Shown here: positions 17,551 to 26,235 of the stretch, in pieces
Position numbering within the stretch: the first letter of the stretch is position 1
Layout: each line of letters starts with the position of its first letter
Source of the DNA: Patescibacteria group bacterium
GTDB taxonomy: Bacteria; Patescibacteriota; Minisyncoccia; UBA6257; GWB1-50-10
Direction: 5' to 3'
Assembly (NCBI GenBank): GCA_038061595.1
Contig: JBBTYZ010000024.1
Coordinates: 1-36,637, forward strand
DNA: 36,637 bases
The notes under the pieces: generated by a model
Told to the model about the DNA's origin: nothing
Databases searched by the model: none
The model's input: only the letters and a program-made list of their open reading frames with translations
Program-made: the position numbers and the translations under genes

Positions 17551-18846
17551 TTACTGAATGGTTTTGAGATAAAGTCGTAGATACGTTTCTGGCACAACAT
17601 CCTCCGGAACAAGGCCCAGCCCTTTTACCTCGCCCTCCAAGTCTGCGTTGATATCGTGTCCTCTAATCTCGGTGAAATCACCCAGCTTGTCAACGGAATC
17701 CAAGGACAAAACAAATCCGTTCTTTCTATAAATAGTCCTTTTCTTAACAAAGGTCACGATTTCTGTGAAATTCCTCAAAGCCCTTTCCGTCTCAGACTCT
17801 GAAGACAGAGGGATAACAAGTTTCGTTCTCGAGTTCAAGCCGTTCGGTCCCCACTTAAAGACGAAAAATGTGCCGCCGGAGGTTTTCCTCAAGTGGAAAC
17901 ATTCGTCATTTGTGAGTGGAGCAAGGCCATTCTTTGTTAGGTAAATGTCTGTTTCGGTTGTTGCCGAGTCAAGAAACCAGCCCATTTCCCGAAGCTTATC
18001 ATCACGAACATGACCCCTGATTTTAATTTCTTGCGGTTGGACGACCGCTTTCTGTTTCATCAAGCCAGGCTCTTCTATGAATACTTCGTCCTCAGAAACT
18101 CCAAGATTTTTTCTGACAGTTTCAACTAGCGAAGCGATAATCACTCCCTTCACCTCATCGATGCTTCGACCAGTCGTGTCAATCTTGAAAATTGGAATAC
18201 CTGGAAGTTCTCTTTCAATAAGCTCGGAGGTCTCAACCACGCACGCCAACATTTCATCCAACGATTTCGGATTCATCCTTGATCCATATTTGGGATTCGG
18301 ATCTTTGCCGTATTCCCTGACGAGCGCTTCCTCGACCGAGCAGGCCAGAAGCACAACAGCATCAAGCGATTTTATCCAAGGACCAGTTAATGCGAATGTT
18401 TTGTAAGCCTCGTACTGTTCTTTGGTAACGGCGCCCTTTCTCAACTGCCACCCAAGATGAACCAAGTTATCAAAAAGACCTCGGTTCAAAAAGACTGCGT
18501 GAAACCTTCTGTCAGAATTTGCCTGGATAAGGTTTTGGAAATTATAAGCGAAGTGGGTCATCTCAAAATCATAAGCTCCAACCCTAGGAATCCCTCTCGT
18601 CATTTCTGATTCGGCGCTCTCTTGCCGAATTAGAAACTGGAATCCCTGTCGCCTAAACCAACGCTCAACCTCAACAAGCTGCCTATCCTTGCCGGCTTTT
18701 GCTGTCCCAAAAAACTCAACGATGATGGGTTTGATAGGGATATCTGTTTTCTTCCGTGGAGCATCGAGCCGCTCAAAGATGGCTTTTGCTGTCGCAGAGG
18801 TACGCGCTTCATCAAAAGGCATGATTTCGGTGAATAGAATCGACAT
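17551..18846 (-). CDS. P-loop (dNMP kinase-like) plus CYTH-like domain fusion
   Basis: EFFGTAKAGKD Walker A, FLNRGLFD, IDTT; C-terminal EIK, ETDIYL, LRK, KKRTIY, LDSVDKLGDFTEI. Start is ATG 18846 or TTG 18870. Confidence 0.75.
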   Translation of the reverse strand: MSILFTEIMPFDEARTSATAKAIFERLDAPRKKTDIPIKPIIVEFFGTAKAGKDRQLVEVERWFRRQGFQFLIRQESAESEMTRGIPRVGAYDFEMTHFAYNFQNLIQANSDRRFHAVFLNRGLFDNLVHLGWQLRKGAVTKEQYEAYKTFALTGPWIKSLDAVVLLACSVEEALVREYGKDPNPKYGSRMNPKSLDEMLACVVETSELIERELPGIPIFKIDTTGRSIDEVKGVIIASLVETVRKNLGVSEDEVFIEEPGLMKQKAVVQPQEIKIRGHVRDDKLREMGWFLDSATTETDIYLTKNGLAPLTNDECFHLRKTSGGTFFVFKWGPNGLNSRTKLVIPLSSESETERALRNFTEIVTFVKKRTIYRKNGFVLSLDSVDKLGDFTEIRGHDINADLEGEVKGLGLVPEDVVPETYLRLYLKTIQ

Positions 18847-18950
18847 TTTCCTCTCATCATCCTTTTTCAAATGTTATTTTGCTGACCTCATACTATTTGT
18901 TTCGGAGCCTTTGTGTCAAGCCAAGCTTTGGGTTTATGATAATAAAAACA

Positions 18951-19526
18951 ATGAACCAGATAAAAAAGCCGACCCTAGGCTTAGATTTAGACGGAGTTAT
19001 CATCGATCACACCGAAAACAAGAAAAAACTGGCAAAAGATTTCGGTTTTGAGATCGCTACAAACGAAACACCAACCGACATAATAAAACATAAATTACCA
19101 AAAGATGTTTGGAGAAAAATCCAAACGCTCATTTATGACGATCCGGTGGTTGGTTTTTCTCCTCCGCTTGTAAAAGGTGCGGCAGCTGGCTTAGAATTGC
19201 TGAGCGAAACCGGATTTAAATTCTTCTTGATATCAAGAAGAAAATCAGAGGGATTGCCGATAGAGCTTTTAAAACGAGTGGGTCTTTGGCCTCGTTATTT
19301 CAATAAATCAAATACCTATTTCGTGAAAGACAAGGAAGCTAAAAACGAAAAGGCCCGAGAATTGGGGGTAAGCGCATACATCGACGACCAACCTTCTGTT
19401 TTAGAAAAATTATTGTCTGTACCTAAAAAAATATTGTTTGACGAATATGGGGTGTTCCCAGAAAGCAAAAATTACACGAAAATTAAAACATGGGCAGAGT
19501 TTCTGGAAATACTAAAAAGTTTATAA
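18951..19526 (+). CDS. HAD-family 5'(3')-deoxyribonucleotidase-like protein
   Basis: GLDLDGVIID (motif I), ISRR (II), K (III), YIDD (IV). Start reassigned to ATG 18951. Confidence 0.8.
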   Translation: MNQIKKPTLGLDLDGVIIDHTENKKKLAKDFGFEIATNETPTDIIKHKLPKDVWRKIQTLIYDDPVVGFSPPLVKGAAAGLELLSETGFKFFLISRRKSEGLPIELLKRVGLWPRYFNKSNTYFVKDKEAKNEKARELGVSAYIDDQPSVLEKLLSVPKKILFDEYGVFPESKNYTKIKTWAEFLEILKSL

Positions 19527-19897
19527 ATCCGGATATTTTCCGGGCTTACGACATACGCGGTTTGTATCCCTCGGAAATCGACGAAAGGGCGGTCTTTAAC
19601 ATCGGACAAGCGCTTGCTCCTTTTTTTGGTAGAGGGAAGGTTGTTATTGCCCGCGATGGACGCATTAGCTCGCCACGACTTTATCGGGCACTCTGCCGAG
19701 GTCTGAAAAAATCAAACCTTATAAAACTAGGACTTGCGACAACGCCGATGTTTTACTATCTCGTGGAACGCCTCGGGGCGAGAGGCGGTTTAATGGTGAC
19801 CGCCTCGCATAACCCAAAGGAATGGAATGGTTTGAAGGTGGTCGGACGAAACTCGGAAATGATAAGCGGTTATGCAATACGCAAAATTATATTTTAA
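19490..19897 (+). CDS. phosphomannomutase/phosphoglucomutase, domain I part
   Basis: IFRAYDIRG, RDGRISS, TTPM, VTASHNP (phosphoserine loop), NGLK. Confidence 0.85.
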   Translation: MGRVSGNTKKFINPDIFRAYDIRGLYPSEIDERAVFNIGQALAPFFGRGKVVIARDGRISSPRLYRALCRGLKKSNLIKLGLATTPMFYYLVERLGARGGLMVTASHNPKEWNGLKVVGRNSEMISGYAIRKIIF

Positions 19898-20687
19898 ATT
19901 TCTTAATAGACAGGCAGCGCTAAAGAGGCCGCTGCGAGTTATTTTTGATTGCTCAAACGGCCCAGCCGGTCTTGTCTTGAAAAATCTAAAGATAAAAAAC
20001 ATAAAAGCCACGATAATAAATTCCCGAATTGACGGTCGCTTTCCGGCACACGGCCCCAATCCTTTGGTTAAAATGGCCACAAATCAATGCGCCAAAGAAG
20101 TACGAAGCCGAAAAGCTGATCTGGGCGCGGTTTTTGACGGCGACGCCGATCGGGTAATGTTTATTGATGATTTGGGGCGGCGAATACCGGTTCATGTTAT
20201 AACCTATCTTCTTTCTCTTAAAACTCCACCACCCTACGTCGCGGATTTGTACATCTCAAGAACCCTAACGCACCTTAATTTGCTAAAAACGGTGGATTCG
20301 AAAGTCGGCGCTTATTATATGAAAAAAACCATGAAAAGAGTCCGTGCCTCGTTCGGGGCCGAATTTTCCGGCCATTATTATTTCAAGGAAATGGGAAATG
20401 CAGACTCCGGCGTTTTAGCAACGATTAAGGTAGCAAACGCCCTATCCGGACTCCCTTATAAAATCAGCCAATTTTATGATTCACTACCGGAATTTTACTT
20501 TGAGCAATGGAACATTGGGATTAAACACAAAGAGAGGGTGGAAAAAAAAATAAAATCCAAGGCCTCAAAAGATTTGTTTTTAATAGTTCGATCATCCAAT
20601 ACCGAACCAGCGACTAGATTCTTTCTCGGTTCCCGAAACAAAAAAATTTTTCAAAAAGAACTTAAAAGGCTTCAAAAAATACAATAA
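19872..20687 (+). CDS. phosphomannomutase/phosphoglucomutase, domains II-IV part
   Basis: DCSNG, DGRFPAHGPNP, FDGDADR (metal loop), GAEFSGH (sugar loop), RSSNTEP. Confidence 0.85.
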   Translation: MQYAKLYFKFLNRQAALKRPLRVIFDCSNGPAGLVLKNLKIKNIKATIINSRIDGRFPAHGPNPLVKMATNQCAKEVRSRKADLGAVFDGDADRVMFIDDLGRRIPVHVITYLLSLKTPPPYVADLYISRTLTHLNLLKTVDSKVGAYYMKKTMKRVRASFGAEFSGHYYFKEMGNADSGVLATIKVANALSGLPYKISQFYDSLPEFYFEQWNIGIKHKERVEKKIKSKASKDLFLIVRSSNTEPATRFFLGSRNKKIFQKELKRLQKIQ

Positions 20688-20695
20688 AACTTATT

Positions 20696-20724
20696 TTGAC
20701 AAGATAGCTTCGGTGTATTAGTGT
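20696..20724 (+). promoter_or_regulatory. putative sigma70-type promoter
   Basis: TTGACA-N17-TAGTGT, 40 nt upstream of ATG 20765. Confidence 0.5.
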
Positions 20725-20764
20725 TGGCTTCAGTTACTTACCTTCACGCCACAGGAACCGAGCA

Positions 20765-21160
20765 ATGGACTCCACGATTATCTTGATCTGGGCCTTGATT
20801 TGCATGGGTTGGTTTTTCTGTCTGATCTCAGGAGAGATGCGTAAGATTGGAACCGAAACAGCTAGAATCCCTAATTATCAAGCACTACATATCTATAGTC
20901 TCAAAACAAGTCTGCGCCTTTGGGATTCAGCAACTATTTCATTTTCGGCGGCCTATGTAATTCTCTTTGGCAAGATGCTCAGCTTCCTGTTCCTAATATT
21001 GTTTGGAGCAACAGCAAACCCAGGCATCTTGGGTCAACTCATGGTGATTCCTTTCGCGGCCCTGACATTTTTTGCCGCGAGATCAACCGCAAATTATTTA
21101 GTAAGAGAAATTTCTGGACATAGATTTTCTATTCTCCGAGGTTTCTTACAAGAGGCGTAA
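20765..21160 (+). CDS. hypothetical membrane protein (about 3 TM)
   Basis: 131 aa hydrophobic ORF bracketed by a promoter and a terminator. Confidence 0.7.
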   Translation: MDSTIILIWALICMGWFFCLISGEMRKIGTETARIPNYQALHIYSLKTSLRLWDSATISFSAAYVILFGKMLSFLFLILFGATANPGILGQLMVIPFAALTFFAARSTANYLVREISGHRFSILRGFLQEA

Positions 21161-21169
21161 TAATATATC

Positions 21170-21196
21170 CCCCGACATTTGTCGGGGTCGTTTTTT
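21170..21196 (+). terminator. intrinsic terminator
   Basis: CCCCGAC-ATTT-GTCGGGG-TCG-TTTTTT. Confidence 0.7.
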
Positions 21197-21243
21197 AATC
21201 AGAAACAATAAATCGTAGGCAGATTTCTATGCTTCCGTTATAA

Positions 21244-21272
21244 TTGACAAAATTGCTAATATATGTTATCAT
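21244..21272 (+). promoter_or_regulatory. sigma70-type promoter
   Basis: TTGACA-N17-TATCAT; AAGGAGG SD before ATG 21312. Confidence 0.65.
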
Positions 21273-21311
21273 TACTCCAGTTCCTAAATACGCCACCTTC
21301 AAGGAGGGCTG

Positions 21312-21770
21312 ATGAATTCGATCTTCTATTACACCGAGCTTGCTCGGGGAGAACTGAAGTTTTTCTTTATCGTTCTCTTCGTTCTTCTCGGCTTCGAAGC
21401 GGCAGAGTACTCGGCGAAGCGCCTCCTATCCGGTAAGAAGAGGAACGACGAGAACCACTTCGATTGGAGCCGTCGGTTCGAGAAGTTGAGTACGTGGTCG
21501 TTCTTCGTCGCCTACGCGCTCCTCGCAACGCGCGTGATGCCGCTCATTCTCGCAATCGCGAGAAGCGCGGATGGTTGGCCAAAATCTGATGCCTGGGCCG
21601 ACATTGCGACTTACTCGTTGATGACTTGCGTGGGGCTCGTTTGTCTCCTTGCAAGCCTGTCTACGAAGGACAGAATAACCGAGCAGGCATTAGGCACGCC
21701 GCTTCTGCCGGCGAAGAGGCACAGAGACGATCCGTGGAGAACGAGAACGTGGATCCACCGGATGCCGTAG
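21312..21770 (+). CDS. hypothetical membrane protein (about 3 TM)
   Basis: 152 aa ORF with strong SD, own promoter and terminator; visibly GC-richer than neighbours. Confidence 0.75.
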   Translation: MNSIFYYTELARGELKFFFIVLFVLLGFEAAEYSAKRLLSGKKRNDENHFDWSRRFEKLSTWSFFVAYALLATRVMPLILAIARSADGWPKSDAWADIATYSLMTCVGLVCLLASLSTKDRITEQALGTPLLPAKRHRDDPWRTRTWIHRMP

Positions 21771-21788
21771 TTTCGGCCACAGATAGAT

Positions 21789-21823
21789 ATCGCCCCCGAT
21801 AACAAGTCGGGGGTGATTTTTTT
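21789..21823 (+). terminator. intrinsic terminator
   Basis: ATCGCCCCCGA-N7-TCGGGGGTGAT-TTTTTT. Confidence 0.8.
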
Positions 21824-21981
21824 ATTAAAAACACAGAAAACACAGAAAAGTTAAAAAACCCGATAGTCGCATGAAACCTACACTGCTTGACCAAAAGTAC
21901 CAAACAATGTGAAACGCTGTGTTTTCTTAACAAGCCAATAATGCCATTAAACCTATGTTTTTCATTTTTTATGTTTAAAAA

Positions 21982-22060
21982 TGTTTGTCAACAAACATTT
22001 TAGAAGCCCGTTTTGTTTGTCAGCAAACAATTTGGGGTCAGAAATGTTTGCCGACAAACA
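21982..22060. repeat. three phased 16-bp palindromes TGTTTG-N4-CAAACA
   Basis: Copies start at 21982 (inner TCAA), 22014 (TCAG) and 22045 (CCGA); periods 32 and 31 bp. Confidence 0.8.
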
Positions 22061-22090
22061 ATTTGAGGGTTAAAATACTAAAACCCGATA

Positions 22091-22462
22091 ATGAACCAAA
22101 AATCACAACTTGGACGAGAGGGTGAAGATTTCGCCTGTGAATATCTCGTGGATAAGGGTTTTAAGATAATAGACCGCAATTGCAGAAAACCGTGGGGCGA
22201 ATTAGATATAGTGGCCATTTCACCAGACAAAACCCTTGTTTTCGCAGAAGTTAAAACGATGTCCGGATTTAATGATGGTGGCCTGAAACCAGAAGACCAG
22301 ATGAGTCGTTCAAAAATAGAAAGGTTCAGAAGGGTCGCCCAACTTTATGCTGGTTCAAATGAAAAATTGATAGATGAAAATAAGGGTTGGCGCTTGGATC
22401 TTATATCCTTGACAAAAATTGGAAAAGATTTTATTTTAAAACATTACGAGCAAATTGTCTGA
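22091..22462 (+). CDS. yraN: YraN family endonuclease
   Basis: GREGEDFACEYL, RN, GELDIVA, LVFAEVKT, WRLD. Confidence 0.92.
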   Translation: MNQKSQLGREGEDFACEYLVDKGFKIIDRNCRKPWGELDIVAISPDKTLVFAEVKTMSGFNDGGLKPEDQMSRSKIERFRRVAQLYAGSNEKLIDENKGWRLDLISLTKIGKDFILKHYEQIV

Positions 22463-22507
22463 GTTATTGACACACAACGACAGATTAATATATCGTTATT
22501 AAAACTT

Positions 22508-22843
22508 ATGACCTTAAGAGAAAGCCAAATAAAAGATTTTGAGAAAAAATTAACCTCTAAAAAAGACGAGTTAGAAAAACAAATCAAAGATTCTAAAAAG
22601 GGATTGGACTTCGGAGACGACACCGATCACTTCGAAGAGGAGGAGGACGAAACCGAAGAAATGGCCAACTATCTTGCAATGAAAAAAGTACTTGATGAAA
22701 AAATCGAACACATCGATAGAGCTCTCGCAAGGATAAAAAACGGAACATACGGCATTTGTCAGAATTGCGGAAAAGAAATAGACATTAAGGTTTTGGACGC
22801 TGAGCCAGAATCCAATTTGTGCCGAGACTGTAAATCACAATGA
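22508..22843 (+). CDS. TraR/DksA C4-type zinc finger protein
   Basis: Acidic coiled coil, ALARIKNGTYGICQNCG...LCRDC. Confidence 0.9.
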   Translation: MTLRESQIKDFEKKLTSKKDELEKQIKDSKKGLDFGDDTDHFEEEEDETEEMANYLAMKKVLDEKIEHIDRALARIKNGTYGICQNCGKEIDIKVLDAEPESNLCRDCKSQ

Positions 22844-24372
22844 AGTCGGTTCCGCGATTATATTCTGCGGAGTTGGACGGGATCAATGCGGAAATAGTTG
22901 AGGTGGAGGCCGACTTAAATGTTGGCCTTCATTCGTTTAATATAGTTGGTCTTGCCGACAAAGCCGTCTCGGAGGCCAAGGAGCGGGTCAATTCAGCGCT
23001 AAAAAACTGCGGCATTAAACCACCCACAAAGGAGAATAGAAGAATAACAATAAATTTGGCTCCGGCTGATATTAAAAAGGCTGGGTCAAAATTTGATTTG
23101 CCGATAGCAATTGCATATCTTCTGGCGAGTGACCAACTAAAAGAGTTTGAGACAAAAGATAAGCTGTTTGTTGGCGAACTTTCTCTTGATGGGACGCTCC
23201 GTCCAGTGAGTGGTGTCTTGTCAATCGCAATACTTGCGAAAGAAATGGGATTAAAGTATTTATTCGTTCCAGAAGAAAATGCCGCAGAAGCCGCATCAAT
23301 TTCTGAAATCAAAGTTATACCAGTGAGGAGACTGAACGAGCTCATAGAACATCTTGAGGGCATAACTATAATAGGGGCGCAAGAAAAAACAAATATTGAG
23401 GCGGTTTACCCGACTCATTTTGTGAGAATCAGCGAGATAAAAGGTCAGTTTGCGGCTAAACGCGCGCTTTTGATTTCAGCTGCGGGTGGCCACAACTTAC
23501 TAATGTCTGGTCCGCCGGGCACTGGCAAAACAATGATAGCTCAAGCGTTGGGTTCGCTTCTTCCTCCGCCGACTAAACAAGAAACTATAGAGATAACACA
23601 AATTTACAGCTCCATCGGACTAAACAACTCAAAAGTCATAAACCATAGGCCATTCAGGGCGCCTCATCATAGTGCATCACTCGTATCTGTAATCGGTGGT
23701 GGGGCAAACCCGAGACCCGGAGAGATAAGCCTGGCTCATCGCGGTGTTCTTTTCTTGGACGAAACTCCGGAATTCCACAGAGACGTTTTAGAAGGATTGA
23801 GACAGCCGCTTGAAAATGGTTCGGTACACGTCGCTCGAGCTAAGAAAAGTCTGGTTTTTCCGGCAAGATTCCAACTTGTCGCAGCAATGAATCCTTGCCC
23901 TTGTGGATATTTTGAAGACCCGGATAAAGAGTGCCGCTGTACCGCGAATGAAGTTTTCCGATATCAGAAGAAGCTGTCTGGCCCACTTTTGGACCGGTTG
24001 GATATACAAATTGAGGTTCCTAGAATTCCAATTGAAGAGCTTAGAAATGTGGGGATAGACACAAAAGCGGAAAACGAGATGAGAGATCAGATTGTTGCGG
24101 CGAGAAAAATACAAGACATGAGATTTCAAGAAACAAATCCAAGAATATTCTCCAACTCCGAGATGAACTCAAAGATTGTAGACAAGCTAATAAAACTTGA
24201 TAATGCCGCAGAAAACTTTTTAAAACATAAACTAGAAAAATCTTTTGTTTCGGCGAGGGGGTATTACCGAATTTTAAAAGTAGCCCAAACAATAGCTGAT
24301 TTGGAAAACTCTCCGGATATAAAAACGGAACACCTTGCAGAAGCGTTCCAGTATAGACTTAAAAACGATTAG
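22840..24372 (+). CDS. comM: YifB/ComM Mg-chelatase-like AAA+ ATPase
   Basis: INLAPAD, GELSLDG, GPPGTGKT, RPFRAPHHSAS, LAHRGVLFLDE, AMNPCPCG, SGPLLDRLD. Confidence 0.95.
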   Translation: MKSVPRLYSAELDGINAEIVEVEADLNVGLHSFNIVGLADKAVSEAKERVNSALKNCGIKPPTKENRRITINLAPADIKKAGSKFDLPIAIAYLLASDQLKEFETKDKLFVGELSLDGTLRPVSGVLSIAILAKEMGLKYLFVPEENAAEAASISEIKVIPVRRLNELIEHLEGITIIGAQEKTNIEAVYPTHFVRISEIKGQFAAKRALLISAAGGHNLLMSGPPGTGKTMIAQALGSLLPPPTKQETIEITQIYSSIGLNNSKVINHRPFRAPHHSASLVSVIGGGANPRPGEISLAHRGVLFLDETPEFHRDVLEGLRQPLENGSVHVARAKKSLVFPARFQLVAAMNPCPCGYFEDPDKECRCTANEVFRYQKKLSGPLLDRLDIQIEVPRIPIEELRNVGIDTKAENEMRDQIVAARKIQDMRFQETNPRIFSNSEMNSKIVDKLIKLDNAAENFLKHKLEKSFVSARGYYRILKVAQTIADLENSPDIKTEHLAEAFQYRLKND

Positions 24373-24374
24373 GT

Positions 24375-25343
24375 TTATTTTACTGCGAACGGGTTCTTAG
24401 CTCCGTAAACTTCGAAGTGAACATGACACCCAGTAGTACCGTGAACGTTCCCCGTATTACCAATCTGAGCAATCTCGTCACCCTGCGAAACATAATCCCC
24501 AACTCTTACAAAATTTTTCTCAGTATGGGCGTATCTAGTACGAGTTCCGTTGGGATGCTCGATCATAATATAATTCCCAAAACCAACATTCCAAAATCCG
24601 CGACCAGACTCTTCGGTAACCAAGCCCTCGGCAGAGGCATAGATAGGCCTACCACAGGAATCTGCTATATCAACCGCATTGTGATCATGGAGCTCGCCCC
24701 AATTGTAGCCACGGGCGGGAAGTATGAAATAATTTACTAAATCGGCAAGGCTATCTACGTATCTATTAACATATGCGATACGACCTTGCGGCTTGGCATA
24801 AGGCAAAACTATGTTGTTCCCGGTCGAATCAAAGAGTTTTTGATAACTGGGATTGTATTGTTTTATGAGGTTGGGGTCAATTTTATAAGCTGCGGCAACG
24901 GATTCCACCGAATCGCCGTCTTTAATTTCGTATAATACTCCCGAAACAGGCAAAATTTTTATCCCATCCCCAGGATGAATAGAAGAGCGAATTTGCGGGT
25001 TTGCCCAGCGAAGGGTTTCTATTGAGACGTCAAACTCGGCAGCTATTTTCGAAAGCGTATCGCCTGGTTTAACTTTATAGTTTTGTAAGCCGTTGCGCGC
25101 TTCAACCAGATTATTAGATGGGCTTGAACCGCCCTCAACTATCCCGAAGACAAGGGGCGTCTCACGAGCATCGGAAGAAAAATCCGAACCAAATGATGGA
25201 TCTATCAAATCTAGGATTACCGGCTCACGATATTCTTCCTCGGGACCACCAAAACCATAATCGTTTGAGTTTTCTGAGTTTTTAATCATTCCACCACCAA
25301 AAACGACCACTAAAATCAAAAACAATGACCACGCGCTAGTCAT
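24375..25343 (-). CDS. LysM + M23 family metallopeptidase
   Basis: Two LysM repeats (YKVKPGDTLSKIA; YEIKDGDSVESVA), HNAVD, YAH, HVHFEV. Confidence 0.93.
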   Translation of the reverse strand: MTSAWSLFLILVVVFGGGMIKNSENSNDYGFGGPEEEYREPVILDLIDPSFGSDFSSDARETPLVFGIVEGGSSPSNNLVEARNGLQNYKVKPGDTLSKIAAEFDVSIETLRWANPQIRSSIHPGDGIKILPVSGVLYEIKDGDSVESVAAAYKIDPNLIKQYNPSYQKLFDSTGNNIVLPYAKPQGRIAYVNRYVDSLADLVNYFILPARGYNWGELHDHNAVDIADSCGRPIYASAEGLVTEESGRGFWNVGFGNYIMIEHPNGTRTRYAHTEKNFVRVGDYVSQGDEIAQIGNTGNVHGTTGCHVHFEVYGAKNPFAVK

Positions 25344-25438
25344 TCTTGGAAAACCCTTAAAACAAAGCTTTATTTCAGCAAGTATTGTACTAATGAAAAC
25401 ATATTAGCATACTGAAGAGATAAGCTCAAAAACCAACA

Positions 25439-26233
25439 ATGAGACAACGCCTAGGCCAACACTTCCTTATTAATAAGGGGGTTATACAGAAAATAGTTAA
25501 TGCCCTATCTCTCAAAGAAGGGGATTTTGTGGTAGAGATAGGCCCCGGACACGGGGAGCTCACAAAAGAGCTTGTAAAGCATGATCCAAGACTAAATATT
25601 GTCGCCATAGAGAAAGATTTAGGATTAGCAGCGAGCATAAGACTTTTGATGCCTAACCAAGACAAAATCGAGGTTGTTGAGGGCGATGCGCTCAAAGTAT
25701 TAGGGGGGATAATCTCTAAACATAGCCTTGAAGCCCGTGGATACAAAATCGTAGGCAACATCCCTTACTATATAACTGGTTATTTGCTCCGATTGATATC
25801 TGAACTAGAGAACAAGCCCGAACTTGTCGTTCTCACGATCCAAAAAGAGGTTGCGGATAGGGTTTGCGCTAAGCCGCCGAAAATGAACCTACTTGCAGCA
25901 AGTGTTCAATTCTGGGCGGAGGCCGAAATCATTGAATATGTTCCCAAAGAAGATTTTAGCCCCGCACCAGAAGTAGACTCGGCAATCATAAGACTAACCA
26001 CAAGAAATTTTGATAAAAAAACATCAAAGAAATACTATGAAACAATAAGGATTCTTTTTAAACAGCCAAGAAAAACTATTTTAAACAATATTTTGGACTA
26101 TTTTTCGGATACCGAGGTGGATAAAAATGAAATCAACGAAAAACTTAGAAATTTGGGCATAAAACCATCGGAAAGAGCGCAAAACTTGGATATAGAAACG
26201 ATAAAAAAACTCTCTCAGGTATTGTATAATTAA
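25439..26233 (+). CDS. rsmA: 16S rRNA dimethyladenosine transferase
   Basis: LGQHFL, VEIGPGHGELT, IEKD, GDAL, VGNIPYYIT, QKEVADR, FSPAPEVDSA. Confidence 0.97.
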   Translation: MRQRLGQHFLINKGVIQKIVNALSLKEGDFVVEIGPGHGELTKELVKHDPRLNIVAIEKDLGLAASIRLLMPNQDKIEVVEGDALKVLGGIISKHSLEARGYKIVGNIPYYITGYLLRLISELENKPELVVLTIQKEVADRVCAKPPKMNLLAASVQFWAEAEIIEYVPKEDFSPAPEVDSAIIRLTTRNFDKKTSKKYYETIRILFKQPRKTILNNILDYFSDTEVDKNEINEKLRNLGIKPSERAQNLDIETIKKLSQVLYN

Positions 26234-26235
26234 AG

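Noticed and set aside
21826-21848. AAAACACAG tandem duplication
   Set aside because: Two copies in low-complexity A-rich sequence; likely slippage.
21982-22060. Possible mini CRISPR array
   Set aside because: Repeats are 16 bp and spacers 15-16 bp, too short; no cas genes in the window.
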